Assembly: GCA_963666275.2 (NCBI GenBank)
Contig: CAXXOA010000001.1
Span: forward strand, 2,016,001-2,080,000
Source: Oceanispirochaeta sp.
GTDB lineage: Bacteria > Spirochaetota > Spirochaetia > DSM-2461
Direction: 5' to 3'
Length of the DNA stretch: 64,000 nt
Shown here: piece after piece, positions 47,133 to 57,208 of the stretch
How the letters are laid out: each line of letters begins with the position of its first letter
Position numbering within the stretch: the first letter of the stretch is position 1
Notes under the pieces: generated by a model
Told to the model about the DNA's origin: nothing
Database searches by the model: none
The model's input: the letters and a program-made list of their open reading frames with translations, nothing else
Made by a program: the position numbers and the translations under genes

Positions 47133-49190
47133 ATGGCTTTTACCACCGATACCATCAGAAATATTGCGGTTTGCGGACATGGAGACACCGGTAAAACAAC
47201 TCTGGTTGAACAGATTCTTTTCAATGCCGGTGTCATCAGTAAAGCAGAAACAGTCGACTCGGGCCGAACTGTCAGTGACTTCACAGATGAAGAGATCGAA
47301 AAAAAGATATCTATTCACTCCTCTTTAACGAATGTTACCTGGAAAGATAAAAAAATTAATATTTTTGACACTCCCGGGTCTTCTGACTTTGTGGGAGAAG
47401 TTGTGTCCTCCTTCAGAGCCGCCGAATCGGCTGTGATGCTAATCGGCGCCCGTTCGGGTGTGCAGATCGAAACTGTTAAACTCTGGCGCCGTCTGGATGC
47501 AAGGGATATGCCCCGGATTGCGTTTGTTAACAAGATGGAAAAAACCAGAGCGGATTTCTATAAAGTTCTGGAAGACCTGAAAGAGTTTGAAATAACAGCA
47601 ATTCCGCTTACCATCCCCATGGGACAGGCTGAAGAGTATCAGGGCGTGATTAATCTGATGAATATGAAAGCCTACAGGAAAGATGGCGGAGGACTGGAAG
47701 AAAACGCCATTGATATTCCTGATGAATATAAGGAAATTGCAGAAGAGTACCATCTGAAGATGATTGAAATGGCTGCGGAGGGAGATGATGATCTGACGGA
47801 AAAATATTTCGATCAGGGAACTCTGACCGTAGAAGAAGCCATTCAGGGACTGAGAGAAGGTCTCTTCGACAACCGGTTTGTCCCTGTTTTCTGCGGCAGT
47901 GCCGTAGACAATTCAGGGATCACTCCCCTGATGGATTTCATCGCTCTGGAATCTCCCGCACCGGGCAGAGTCGAAGAGCCCTGTGTCACAGGAGAGAAGT
48001 CCAGAATGGTCTCCCAGGAGGGAGAATTTTCCGGCATTATCTTTAAAACCATGATCGACAAGTTTGCCGGAAAGATGTCATTCATCAAAGTGATAACCGG
48101 AATACTGAAACCGGGAACAGAGGTCTATAACTCCCGGGAGGAAAAGAAAGAGAAGATCAGCAAAATTTTTCTGTGCGAAGGCAAGGAACTCAAGGAGACA
48201 AGCGAAATCTGCGCCGGAGATATTGCTGTGATAACCAAGGTGGAATCACTGAGGACCAACGATACACTCTGCCAGCAGAACGATGTAATCCATTACAAAT
48301 CCCTGGCACTCCCCCACCCTGTCTACTCCCTTGCCATCAATGCGGAGAAACAGAAAGAAGAGGATAAAATGAGTGCACAGCTGCATAAAGTGGCTGAGGA
48401 GGATCTGACCTTTACAATACAGTATAATGAAGAAACTAAAGAGACTGTCATTTCCGGAATGGGAGAACTCCATATCAATATTATTCTGGAAAAGCTGCTT
48501 AAAAACTTTAAGATCAACGTAAACAGAAGAGTTCCCAAAGTTCCTTACCGGGAAACGATCACCGCCCCGGCGGATGCGGAGTACACCCATAAGAAACAGT
48601 CGGGAGGTCACGGTCAGTACGGAAGAGTCTGTATCAGGATTCATCCTCTGGAACGGGGTGAGTTCTTTGCCATGACCAATGACATAAAAGGCGGTTCGAT
48701 CAGCAAAGGCTATATGCCCGGTATTGAAAAAGGTCTCCTCGAAGGTATGGTGGAAGGTTATGTGGCCGGATACCCTCTGAGAGATATAGGAGTTTCCGTC
48801 TATGATGGAAAAGAGCACCCTGTGGATTCATCGGAAATGGCTTTCAAACTGGCTGCAAAACACGCACTGAAAGATGCTGTAGCCAAGGCGAAACCGACCC
48901 TTCTTGAACCCATAATGAATCTGACTGTGTTTGTGGAGGATCAGTTTCTGGGAGATGTTCTTTCGGACCTTTCAACAAAAAGAGGCCGCGTACTGGACCA
49001 GAAAGCGATCGGCGGCGGTATTCAGTCGGTATTGGCCCAGGTTCCCCAGGGGGAACTGATGCGGTACAGCATCGATCTGAAATCCATGACCTCCGGAACC
49101 GGAGCGTTTGAAGTGGAGTTCAGTCATTATGATCCTGTGGCGGGTAAAATTGCCCAGGACATCATTGCCGCCAGGAAAACTGACGAATAG
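47133..49190 (+). CDS. fusA: Elongation factor G-like protein (EF-G II type)
   Basis: GHGDTGKT, KKISI replacing RGITI, DTPGSSDF, KKQSGGHGQYG, HPVDSSEMAF. Confidence 0.9.
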   Translation: MAFTTDTIRNIAVCGHGDTGKTTLVEQILFNAGVISKAETVDSGRTVSDFTDEEIEKKISIHSSLTNVTWKDKKINIFDTPGSSDFVGEVVSSFRAAESAVMLIGARSGVQIETVKLWRRLDARDMPRIAFVNKMEKTRADFYKVLEDLKEFEITAIPLTIPMGQAEEYQGVINLMNMKAYRKDGGGLEENAIDIPDEYKEIAEEYHLKMIEMAAEGDDDLTEKYFDQGTLTVEEAIQGLREGLFDNRFVPVFCGSAVDNSGITPLMDFIALESPAPGRVEEPCVTGEKSRMVSQEGEFSGIIFKTMIDKFAGKMSFIKVITGILKPGTEVYNSREEKKEKISKIFLCEGKELKETSEICAGDIAVITKVESLRTNDTLCQQNDVIHYKSLALPHPVYSLAINAEKQKEEDKMSAQLHKVAEEDLTFTIQYNEETKETVISGMGELHINIILEKLLKNFKINVNRRVPKVPYRETITAPADAEYTHKKQSGGHGQYGRVCIRIHPLERGEFFAMTNDIKGGSISKGYMPGIEKGLLEGMVEGYVAGYPLRDIGVSVYDGKEHPVDSSEMAFKLAAKHALKDAVAKAKPTLLEPIMNLTVFVEDQFLGDVLSDLSTKRGRVLDQKAIGGGIQSVLAQVPQGELMRYSIDLKSMTSGTGAFEVEFSHYDPVAGKIAQDIIAARKTDE

Positions 49191-49216
49191 AGTAAGTTTT
49201 CCCGGGAAATAAAAAA

Positions 49217-51159
49217 GGGGCTGTTGCAAAAGTCTGAAAAGACTTTAGTAGCAGCCTTTTTCTTTTTTGAATGAATCGAACAAAGCATTTAGACTGCAAA
49301 AAGGGGCCGCAAAGCGACCCCAGCGTGCTACAATTTGTTTAACCACAAACAAATAAAAAGGAGCACGTGGTGAATCTTACAGCATTTTCCCAACATAGAC
49401 AATTATTTCTTGATTTAAACATCTCAATCCCCTTTGAAGTAACAGAACATGAAGCAGCACTTATGATTCTGTTGCAAAACCTAGATTACAGCCAGTTTGA
49501 ACAACCAAAGCAGAAATCAGGACGTCCACGAGCTGTCAATTCATACACAATGATGCTGATTCTTCTGTATGCCAGGATTCATGGCAGGTTTAGTTCGCGA
49601 GATGTAGAACGTTTATGCAAACGAGACCTTTTCCTTTTGCAAATCTTAGGTAATCAGAAAGTCCCAGACCATACGACGTTTGACCGTTTTGTTCATACCC
49701 ATGAGAAAGCCATTGATGAACTATTTTTTCAGATAGTCGTTCGTCTGGATGCATTGGGAGAGCTTAAGAAAGATGTTGTCTATCAAGATGGCACTAAAAT
49801 AGAGTCAAAAGCTGGTCGATATAGTTTTGTCTGGAAGAAAGCGACTAAAAAGAATCTGGAGAAACTCCATAACCATATCCGGAATTTGATTACTGAAGTT
49901 AATGATATTTTCTCCTGGCACTTGGATCCAGGAGATTATCACACCTCATTGAAAATCCTCATAGAGAAGCTTGTTGCAACAGGAGAGCCTCTTTTCCCGA
50001 AGACAACAGGTCGAGGCCACCGAATCACGAGAGTTCAGAAATTCTATCGAGATGCTCTTGTTTTCCTGGAGAAACTGGAAAAGTACAATGAATACCTGAC
50101 TGCCATGAAGGGTAGGAACAGCATGAGTAAAACTGATCCTGATGCCACGTTTATGCGAATGAAAGAGGACTATATGAGGAACGGGCAGCTGAAACCAGCT
50201 TACAACCTTCAAGTACTAGTTGATAGCGGATATGTTGTCGGAGCTCACGCCAGTGACGATCGCACTGACTATGTAACCATGTGTCCTGCACTGGATCATA
50301 TGCATGAACATCTGCCCTGGACATATTCAAAATACTGTGCGGACAGCGGATACGACTGTCAACAAAACTATGAGGCTCTGGAAAAACAGAATATAGAGGC
50401 TTTCATCAAGCCCCAGTTACACGAGCAATCAAAGAAACGAAAATTCAAAAAGGATATCGGAAAGAAAGAAAACATGATTTATGATCCTTCAACCGATCAT
50501 TTCATTTGTGCGAAGGGAAAGAAGCTAAAACTGAAATATGTTCGATCCAGGAAGAATCAATACGGTTATGAAACGACAACACATACATATCGTTGTGAAA
50601 GAGGGTGTAAGAGCTGCTCTCTCCTTTCTTCCTGTATAAAACGAAGTAAGGCAGACTATAAACAGGTACAGATCAACCACAAGCTGTCATCTTATCAAAG
50701 AAGAGCTACTGCTTTGATATCCAGTCCGGAAGGTAAAGAAATCCGTGTTAATAGAAGTATTCAGGCAGAAGGAGTATTTGCTCAGATCAAAGCCAACTGG
50801 TCATTCAGGAGATTTTTACGGGCAGGAAAAACAGGTATCTATACAGAATGGCTATTAGTTTGTCTGGCTATGAATGCTGTTCATTTGGGAAATAGATTAT
50901 CCCGAGATGAAGTTGGTAATCCCTTCTATTATCAGATAAAGGATGAATCAGCATAGCTCTAAATCCATTTTTTAATAGATAATGTATAGTCTCAGGTGCA
51001 TCACATAGGATAAGTGTCAGTAAATTACTAAACAAAATGGGAAATTATCAGAATTTTTATTACCAGAACAGAAGTTGTGATCTAAATAGTGATCAAAATA
51101 AAAAGAATTTGATTAATGAAAAAAAGAGGCTGTCGCATTTTTACTTTTGCAACAGCCCC
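49217..51159 (+). mobile_element. IS1182-family insertion sequence
   Basis: Perfect 17-bp terminal inverted repeats GGGGCTGTTGCAAAAGT / ACTTTTGCAACAGCCCC flank a transposase; visibly more AT-rich than the flanks. Exact ends uncertain by a few bases. Confidence 0.9.
49367..50956 (+). CDS. IS1182-family DDE transposase
   Basis: GRP, PDHTTFDRF, DGTKIES, SKTDPDATFMRMKED, KPAYNLQ, ADSGY, RSIQAEGVFAQIK. Confidence 0.93.
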   Translation: MVNLTAFSQHRQLFLDLNISIPFEVTEHEAALMILLQNLDYSQFEQPKQKSGRPRAVNSYTMMLILLYARIHGRFSSRDVERLCKRDLFLLQILGNQKVPDHTTFDRFVHTHEKAIDELFFQIVVRLDALGELKKDVVYQDGTKIESKAGRYSFVWKKATKKNLEKLHNHIRNLITEVNDIFSWHLDPGDYHTSLKILIEKLVATGEPLFPKTTGRGHRITRVQKFYRDALVFLEKLEKYNEYLTAMKGRNSMSKTDPDATFMRMKEDYMRNGQLKPAYNLQVLVDSGYVVGAHASDDRTDYVTMCPALDHMHEHLPWTYSKYCADSGYDCQQNYEALEKQNIEAFIKPQLHEQSKKRKFKKDIGKKENMIYDPSTDHFICAKGKKLKLKYVRSRKNQYGYETTTHTYRCERGCKSCSLLSSCIKRSKADYKQVQINHKLSSYQRRATALISSPEGKEIRVNRSIQAEGVFAQIKANWSFRRFLRAGKTGIYTEWLLVCLAMNAVHLGNRLSRDEVGNPFYYQIKDESA

Positions 51160-51179
51160 TTTTATTTTGCCTGTTTCTA

Positions 51180-52547
51180 TCAGGATCTCTGACTCATACT
51201 TGTATAAGGCACTTTGGGGGAAACATTCTTGTAGGCAGGACGGATAATCCTGCCGCCGCTTACCATCTCTTCCACTCTATGGGCACACCATCCGGGAATC
51301 CGGGCGATGGCAAAAATGGGAGTATAGAGATCCTCGGGTATATTCAGACAGTTATAGACAAAGCCCGAATAGAAATCCACATTGGCGCAGAGGGGTTTGT
51401 CATTGTTCTTGAGTTTGCAGAAAATACCGGGAGTGATCCTTTCAATCGTATCATACAGTTTGAACTCATCCATCCTTCCCGATTCTCTGGCAAGAGCTTC
51501 CGCTTTCCCTTTGAGGATTTCCGCCCGGGGATCAGATAGGGTATAAACGGCATGGCCCATACCGTAGACAAGACCTTTTTTATCAAAGGCATCTTTTCTC
51601 AGAATACGGGAAATGTAGCGTCCGATTTCCTCTTCATCCGCCCAGTCTTTCACGTTTTCCTTGATATCCTCCATCATACGGGCAACCATGATATTGGCTC
51701 CCCCGTGTAGAGGTCCTTTCAGGGAACCGATAGCCGCAGCTATGGCACTGTAGGTATCTGTACCCGAGGAGGAAACCACGTGGGTGGAAAAAGCGGAGTT
51801 GTTTCCCCCTCCGTGTTCCGCATGGAGAACAAGGGAGAGGTCCAGAAGTTCCGCTTCCAGTTTGGTATATTTTTTATCAGGTCTTATCATCCTGAGGAGG
51901 TTTTCCGCAGTGCTGAGTTCCGGATCCGGCTTATGAATGAACAGACTCTTTCCGTAGTGATAGTGAGCTTTAGCCTGGTAGCCGTAGGCAGCCATGATAG
52001 GAAGCTGAGCTATCAGTTCCACACTCTGTCTGAGCATATTTGCCACTGAAGTATCATCTGCCATATCATCCCATGAGTAGGAAACAAGGACACTTCTTGC
52101 AAGCTTGTTCATGATATTCTTGCTGGGAAATTTGAGGATCATATCTTCCGTAAAAGAATCCGGCATTTCTCTCTTCTCACCGAGCCTTTCATTAAAAAGC
52201 TTCAGTTCCGCTTCAGAGGGAAGGTATCCGAAAAGGAGAAGGAAGATGGTTTCTTCGAATCCGAAACGATCATCCTCCTGAAAACCCTTTGTAAGATCTT
52301 TGACATCAATGCCTCTGTACCGAAGGATACCTCTTACAGGGATTTTATCTCCCTCTTCCATGATATAACCGTGAACATCACCTATTTCGGTGAGACCGAC
52401 AAGAACTCCCGTACCATCCTGGTTACGGAGGCCTCTTTTCACATTGTACTTTTCATACAGATCAAGAGGAATTTTATTGTGGGTATCCATAATTCTGGAA
52501 TACTTTTTCAGGAACTCTTCGTTCATTTCATTTTTCACCTGTATCAA
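51180..52547 (-). CDS. Citrate / 2-methylcitrate synthase
   Basis: LHAEHGGGNNSAF, GPLHGGAN, YGMGHAVY, DPRA, ANVDFYSG. Confidence 0.93.
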   Translation of the reverse strand: MIQVKNEMNEEFLKKYSRIMDTHNKIPLDLYEKYNVKRGLRNQDGTGVLVGLTEIGDVHGYIMEEGDKIPVRGILRYRGIDVKDLTKGFQEDDRFGFEETIFLLLFGYLPSEAELKLFNERLGEKREMPDSFTEDMILKFPSKNIMNKLARSVLVSYSWDDMADDTSVANMLRQSVELIAQLPIMAAYGYQAKAHYHYGKSLFIHKPDPELSTAENLLRMIRPDKKYTKLEAELLDLSLVLHAEHGGGNNSAFSTHVVSSSGTDTYSAIAAAIGSLKGPLHGGANIMVARMMEDIKENVKDWADEEEIGRYISRILRKDAFDKKGLVYGMGHAVYTLSDPRAEILKGKAEALARESGRMDEFKLYDTIERITPGIFCKLKNNDKPLCANVDFYSGFVYNCLNIPEDLYTPIFAIARIPGWCAHRVEEMVSGGRIIRPAYKNVSPKVPYTSMSQRS

Positions 52548-52569
52548 CCTCCCGAAATACTTTCTCTAT

Positions 52570-53244
52570 TCAGACATCCCTGATAAACATCAGTTCATAA
52601 ATTTTATGAGATTTCTCTCTGCCTTTTCTTTCAAATTTAGTTCCCGGACGCCAGCTCTGGGGTTCCGCATAGGATTCATACTTATTTTTCAGAGAACTTT
52701 CTGAAAGGACTTCTAGAATATGCTCTGCATAATTCTCCCAGTCAGTTGCCGCGTACAGATAGCCGCCCGGAACAAGTTTCTTTTCAAGCTTACTGACAAA
52801 TCCGGACTGGATGAGTCGCCGTTTGTGGTGCTTTTTCTTTGGCCAGGGGTCCGGGAAAAAAATATGAAATCCCCCGATACTCCCGTCAGGAATCATGTGA
52901 TCCAGTACTTCCACCGCATCATGTTCGATGATCCTGAGGTTGGGAATACTGAATTCTGCAATCTGGTGAAGTAGTTTGCCAACACCCGGTTTATGCACTT
53001 CAATGCCGATATACTCTTTGTCGGGATTATCCCTTGCTATCTGGTGGGTGGCATCTCCCATTCCGAAACCGATTTCTACAATCACTTCCTTACTATTCTT
53101 AAGAAGATCATCACGACTCAGAAAACCTTCCCTGTAGGGGATACAATATTGTCCGGATAATTCATCATAGGCTTTCTGCTGAGCGGGACTCATACGGCCG
53201 GCTCTCAAAACATAACTCTTAACAGATCTGAGCTTTTTTTCCAT
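52570..53244 (-). CDS. trmB: tRNA (guanine-N7)-methyltransferase
   Basis: EIGFGMG, FFPDPWPKKKHHKRR, ATDWENYA, TKFE. Confidence 0.95.
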   Translation of the reverse strand: MEKKLRSVKSYVLRAGRMSPAQQKAYDELSGQYCIPYREGFLSRDDLLKNSKEVIVEIGFGMGDATHQIARDNPDKEYIGIEVHKPGVGKLLHQIAEFSIPNLRIIEHDAVEVLDHMIPDGSIGGFHIFFPDPWPKKKHHKRRLIQSGFVSKLEKKLVPGGYLYAATDWENYAEHILEVLSESSLKNKYESYAEPQSWRPGTKFERKGREKSHKIYELMFIRDV

Positions 53245-53416
53245 GAAGCCAAGTCTAGTTAAACCGGTTCTCTTTTACAAGACTTTAGAGTAGTGAATAT
53301 TTATACACCAAAAACCCTATTTTCTGTATTATTATTTATAGATTATTCAACTTTGTCAATAGATTACCATCCAAATATAGATTGAGCAGTCATAATAGGT
53401 TGGTATATAATATGCT

Positions 53417-56128
53417 ATGACATTCAGGGAGTTCCTATTTACCATAATCCTCTTTGCCGCGTCTCCCCTGTTATGCCAGGAGAACCATAATTCTCCTCTG
53501 ATCATCGGGAGCTATTCAACGATCCCCCCCTACCTGATGGTGACCCCGACAGGGGGGATTACAGGAATAGAACAGGAAATCATCTCCCTCCTGGAAAGTA
53601 AATCAGGAAGAGAAATTCATCTCATTCAGTCCCAGAAGGAAGACCTCCTGGAAAGGCTCGGGAACGGTGAGATAGACGGAATCCTAACAAAAAATCTTCA
53701 GGAGGATCAGGCGGGGAAATTCCTTGAAACTTCAGAGATATTCTCTACCCCCATGGCAGTCTTCTCGCTTCATGAAAATCTCTACAAACTGGGACTGGAT
53801 CAGATTGAAAACAGCCGGATAGGCTTTCCCGAAAACTCCCGCACAGCAAAAAACTATATTTCCAAGAGTAACTCGGTCTATACAACCTATACAGATACGG
53901 TCGCAGGGCTGCAGCTGCTGCAGGAGGAGAAGATTGATTTTCTCCTGGATGATCTGTTCTTTGCAGACTACATGTCTGACAGACTGAATATGGATGTGAG
54001 AATCAAGGGAATCATAGATGATCAGGATTCGTCCTACAGGATACTGCTCAACTCCCAGTCCCTGAAGAATGAACTTGACTTTGCGGTGACCCAGATACGG
54101 AAAGAGGAGATATACAGCCTCAGGAATATGTGGATCAGTTCCTATCCGGATAAACGGATTGAACAGACAATATTTACAGATTCGGAGATGGACTGGATTA
54201 ACAGTCATCCTGAAATTTTCTATCAGACCAATACAGAGCAGAATCCCCTGTTTTTCAGGGAGGGAGATGATTTCGTGGGGATCATTCCTGAAATCATGGA
54301 TCTGCTTTCAAGCATCACTTCCATCCGCTTTACGGCACTGACAACGGGAAATCTGACGGATTTAATTTTTGTGGAACCGGATGAAACAGAGATTATCTCT
54401 TCCCGGGGAAAACCGGGAGAGTCTGAGCAGGAAGAAGTCATTTACAGTGATTCATTCCTCTCCATTCCCAATGTGATCATTACGAGAAAGAACAGCAGTG
54501 TCTACATTAATAACCCGGAATACCTCAGGGAAAGCACTATTGTGATGATAAAAGGTTCGGGAATCAGCCGGTATATGCTGAGAACTTATCCCGATATGGA
54601 TTATCTGATGGTGAATAACCTCAAGGAAGCCCTGAGCCTTCTGAACAAGATCAAGGTGGACTACTTTATAGGGAATATGATTTCCGGAAGCTATCTGATT
54701 AGAAAATCCGGTTTCCGGCAGCTTTCCATTACAGGCAAGGTGGACTTTGAAACCAATTACCGTATTGCTGTTTCCCCTGAAATGAGGGCTCTGATTCCCA
54801 TTCTCAACAAAAGCCTCAGACTCATCACTCCTGCGGAACTGACCACGATCATGCAGAAATGGACGTCCCTCAAACCCGAAGAAACCATTAATTTCACCTT
54901 TCTCATTCAGATACTTGTTGTCTTTGCTGTCATCATTGCGATCATTCTGATATGGAACCGTAAGCTGAAACTTGAAATCCAGGAGAGGGAGCGTTCCGAG
55001 GAAGCCCTGAGATACAGTGAACACAAATCCAGAGAGGCCGAGGAAATCTCCCGTCTTGCCAGGGAGAGAGCGGAAAAACTTGCAGTTATGGCTGAGTCTG
55101 CCAGTAAGGCAAAGTCCCAGTTTCTAGCCAATATGTCCCATGAGATCCGGACTCCCCTGAACTCGATCATCGGTTTTACAGAACTACTGGATTCGACAGA
55201 GATGGACAGTCAGCAGACACAGTACCTGAACTCGGTCAAGACATCTGCGGAAGTCCTCCTTGTCCTTATAAACGACGTCCTGGATATTTCAAAAATCGAA
55301 GCGGGGAAAATGCAGATAAACCCCTCCCCTGTAAAAATCGCCAAAGTGTTTCATGAGATGGAGGTTATTTTTCAGCAGAAAGCCGATGAGAAAGGCCTGA
55401 ACCTCCGGTTCCTTGAAAACGACATGAACCATAATGAGTATCTTCTTGACAGCCTCAGGCTGGAACAGGTTCTGATCAACCTCATTGGCAATTCCATAAA
55501 ATTCACAGAGTCTGGTTTTGTTTCGGTATCGGCCAAATACAATCAGAATCCGGGGACCAGAAACTATGATATTACCCTGACCGTGGCAGATTCAGGGATC
55601 GGCATAAAAGAGCAGGAAAGAGACAAGATTTTCAACCTTTTTGAACAGTCGGAAAACCAGGACACCAGGCGCTTCGGAGGAACCGGTCTGGGACTGGGGA
55701 TCTCAAGCAAGCTCGTACAGCTTATGAACGGAGAGATCCATGTGGACAGCATGTACGGAAAAGGGTCTGTTTTTTCCATCTATCTGCCGGGAGTGCCCTG
55801 CCTGAAAGATTTCGGGAATTTTTTCCGTCAGCCCGACACGATGCTGCAGGATCCATCGTATTATAGTGAGGACTCTTCCGCCTCTTCGGAGATAATCAGA
55901 GATATCCCGAGCATTCTGGAATGGAAAAGGGTCAGAGACAGCGGAGATCCTGATGCCATCAAAGAGTTCTGCGGCTACCTGATGCAGCGTCCGGAAGCCA
56001 AAGAGAATCGATCTTTCAACAGTACCGTGGGTAAACTGATTCAGGCTTCCGATGCCTTCGACCTGGACAAGATCCTTCACTATTCCCGCAAGATGAACAG
56101 CTTTTTTTCAGAGGTTTTAAATGAATAG
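53417..56128 (+). CDS. BvgS/EvgS-like sensor histidine kinase with two periplasmic solute-binding domains
   Basis: Two PBPb-like repeats, TM helix ending WNRKL, FLANMSHEIRTPL, GGTGLGL; no recognisable REC domain. Confidence 0.88.
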   Translation: MTFREFLFTIILFAASPLLCQENHNSPLIIGSYSTIPPYLMVTPTGGITGIEQEIISLLESKSGREIHLIQSQKEDLLERLGNGEIDGILTKNLQEDQAGKFLETSEIFSTPMAVFSLHENLYKLGLDQIENSRIGFPENSRTAKNYISKSNSVYTTYTDTVAGLQLLQEEKIDFLLDDLFFADYMSDRLNMDVRIKGIIDDQDSSYRILLNSQSLKNELDFAVTQIRKEEIYSLRNMWISSYPDKRIEQTIFTDSEMDWINSHPEIFYQTNTEQNPLFFREGDDFVGIIPEIMDLLSSITSIRFTALTTGNLTDLIFVEPDETEIISSRGKPGESEQEEVIYSDSFLSIPNVIITRKNSSVYINNPEYLRESTIVMIKGSGISRYMLRTYPDMDYLMVNNLKEALSLLNKIKVDYFIGNMISGSYLIRKSGFRQLSITGKVDFETNYRIAVSPEMRALIPILNKSLRLITPAELTTIMQKWTSLKPEETINFTFLIQILVVFAVIIAIILIWNRKLKLEIQERERSEEALRYSEHKSREAEEISRLARERAEKLAVMAESASKAKSQFLANMSHEIRTPLNSIIGFTELLDSTEMDSQQTQYLNSVKTSAEVLLVLINDVLDISKIEAGKMQINPSPVKIAKVFHEMEVIFQQKADEKGLNLRFLENDMNHNEYLLDSLRLEQVLINLIGNSIKFTESGFVSVSAKYNQNPGTRNYDITLTVADSGIGIKEQERDKIFNLFEQSENQDTRRFGGTGLGLGISSKLVQLMNGEIHVDSMYGKGSVFSIYLPGVPCLKDFGNFFRQPDTMLQDPSYYSEDSSASSEIIRDIPSILEWKRVRDSGDPDAIKEFCGYLMQRPEAKENRSFNSTVGKLIQASDAFDLDKILHYSRKMNSFFSEVLNE

Positions 56129-57206
56129 GCAGAAAACAATCCTGATTGTTGATGATATCACAAAAAATATACAGCTCGTAGCGCAGAATCTGAAACCCCT
56201 GGGATACAGACTCCTCTTTGCCACATCCGGAAAAAAAGCTCTGGATATTCTGGCGGAGAACCAGGTGGATCTGATACTCCTTGATATCATGATGCCCGAA
56301 ATGAACGGGTATGAAACCTGCCGGGAGATCAAAAAAACAGAAGCCTACAGCAATCTGCCTGTGATCTTCCTCACGGCTAAAAACGAAGTATCCGATATCA
56401 TAGAAGGTTTCGATGCGGGCGGTTCGGACTACATCATCAAACCTTTTCACAGTCAGGAATTGATTAAAAGGGTTAAAACACACCTGGAACTGAAGATACA
56501 CAGAGACAAACTTCAGCAGCGTCAGAAACAGCTGCAGGAACTTGTCCACATCCTCTCCCACGATCTGAAGAACAGTCTGTCGGGAATCACCATGACCATG
56601 GATCTGGCGGAACTTGAAAAAAAACATCTGGATGAATACTCCGGACGGATCCGGGAGATGGCAGAGAACGGCCTGTCCCTGATTGATCTGGCAAGAACAA
56701 TGCTGCTCATGGAGGAAAAACCCTTTGTACTGAAGCCCACAAGCCTTATGGACTGCCTGGATCAGTCAACGGGAATACTGGAACCTCTCATTGAATCCAA
56801 GGCCATCAGGCTTCAGATCAGCAGGGAGGAGGATTTTTCCATACAGGCCGAACCCACCTCTCTGGTGAATTCGGTATTGAACAATATCCTGACCAATGCC
56901 GTCAAATTTTCAGAAAAAGGGGGAGAGCTTCAACTCTCCATTACAAGAGAAAACAAGAAGATTGCCCTGAGACTCAGGGATTTCGGCATAGGGATCCCCG
57001 AAGAGATGAAAGAGAATCTTTTCAATATACACAAATCGGTCTGCCGGGAGGGCACCATGGGCGAGAAAGGAACGGGATTCGGTCTCTCTCTGCTCAAAAA
57101 ATTCATGGACGCCTACGGAGGTGATGTTACAGTCAAATCCTCAACAACCGGAACCGATGGCTTTCCCCGGGGTACGGAAATCACCCTCTACTTTCTCAAA
57201 TCCTGA
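56121..57206 (+). CDS. Hybrid response regulator / histidine kinase (REC-HisKA-HATPase)
   Basis: LLDIMMP receiver, SHDLKN, NAVKFS, GTGFGL; overlaps the upstream kinase. Confidence 0.9.
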   Translation: MNRQKTILIVDDITKNIQLVAQNLKPLGYRLLFATSGKKALDILAENQVDLILLDIMMPEMNGYETCREIKKTEAYSNLPVIFLTAKNEVSDIIEGFDAGGSDYIIKPFHSQELIKRVKTHLELKIHRDKLQQRQKQLQELVHILSHDLKNSLSGITMTMDLAELEKKHLDEYSGRIREMAENGLSLIDLARTMLLMEEKPFVLKPTSLMDCLDQSTGILEPLIESKAIRLQISREEDFSIQAEPTSLVNSVLNNILTNAVKFSEKGGELQLSITRENKKIALRLRDFGIGIPEEMKENLFNIHKSVCREGTMGEKGTGFGLSLLKKFMDAYGGDVTVKSSTTGTDGFPRGTEITLYFLKS

Positions 57207-57208
57207 TC

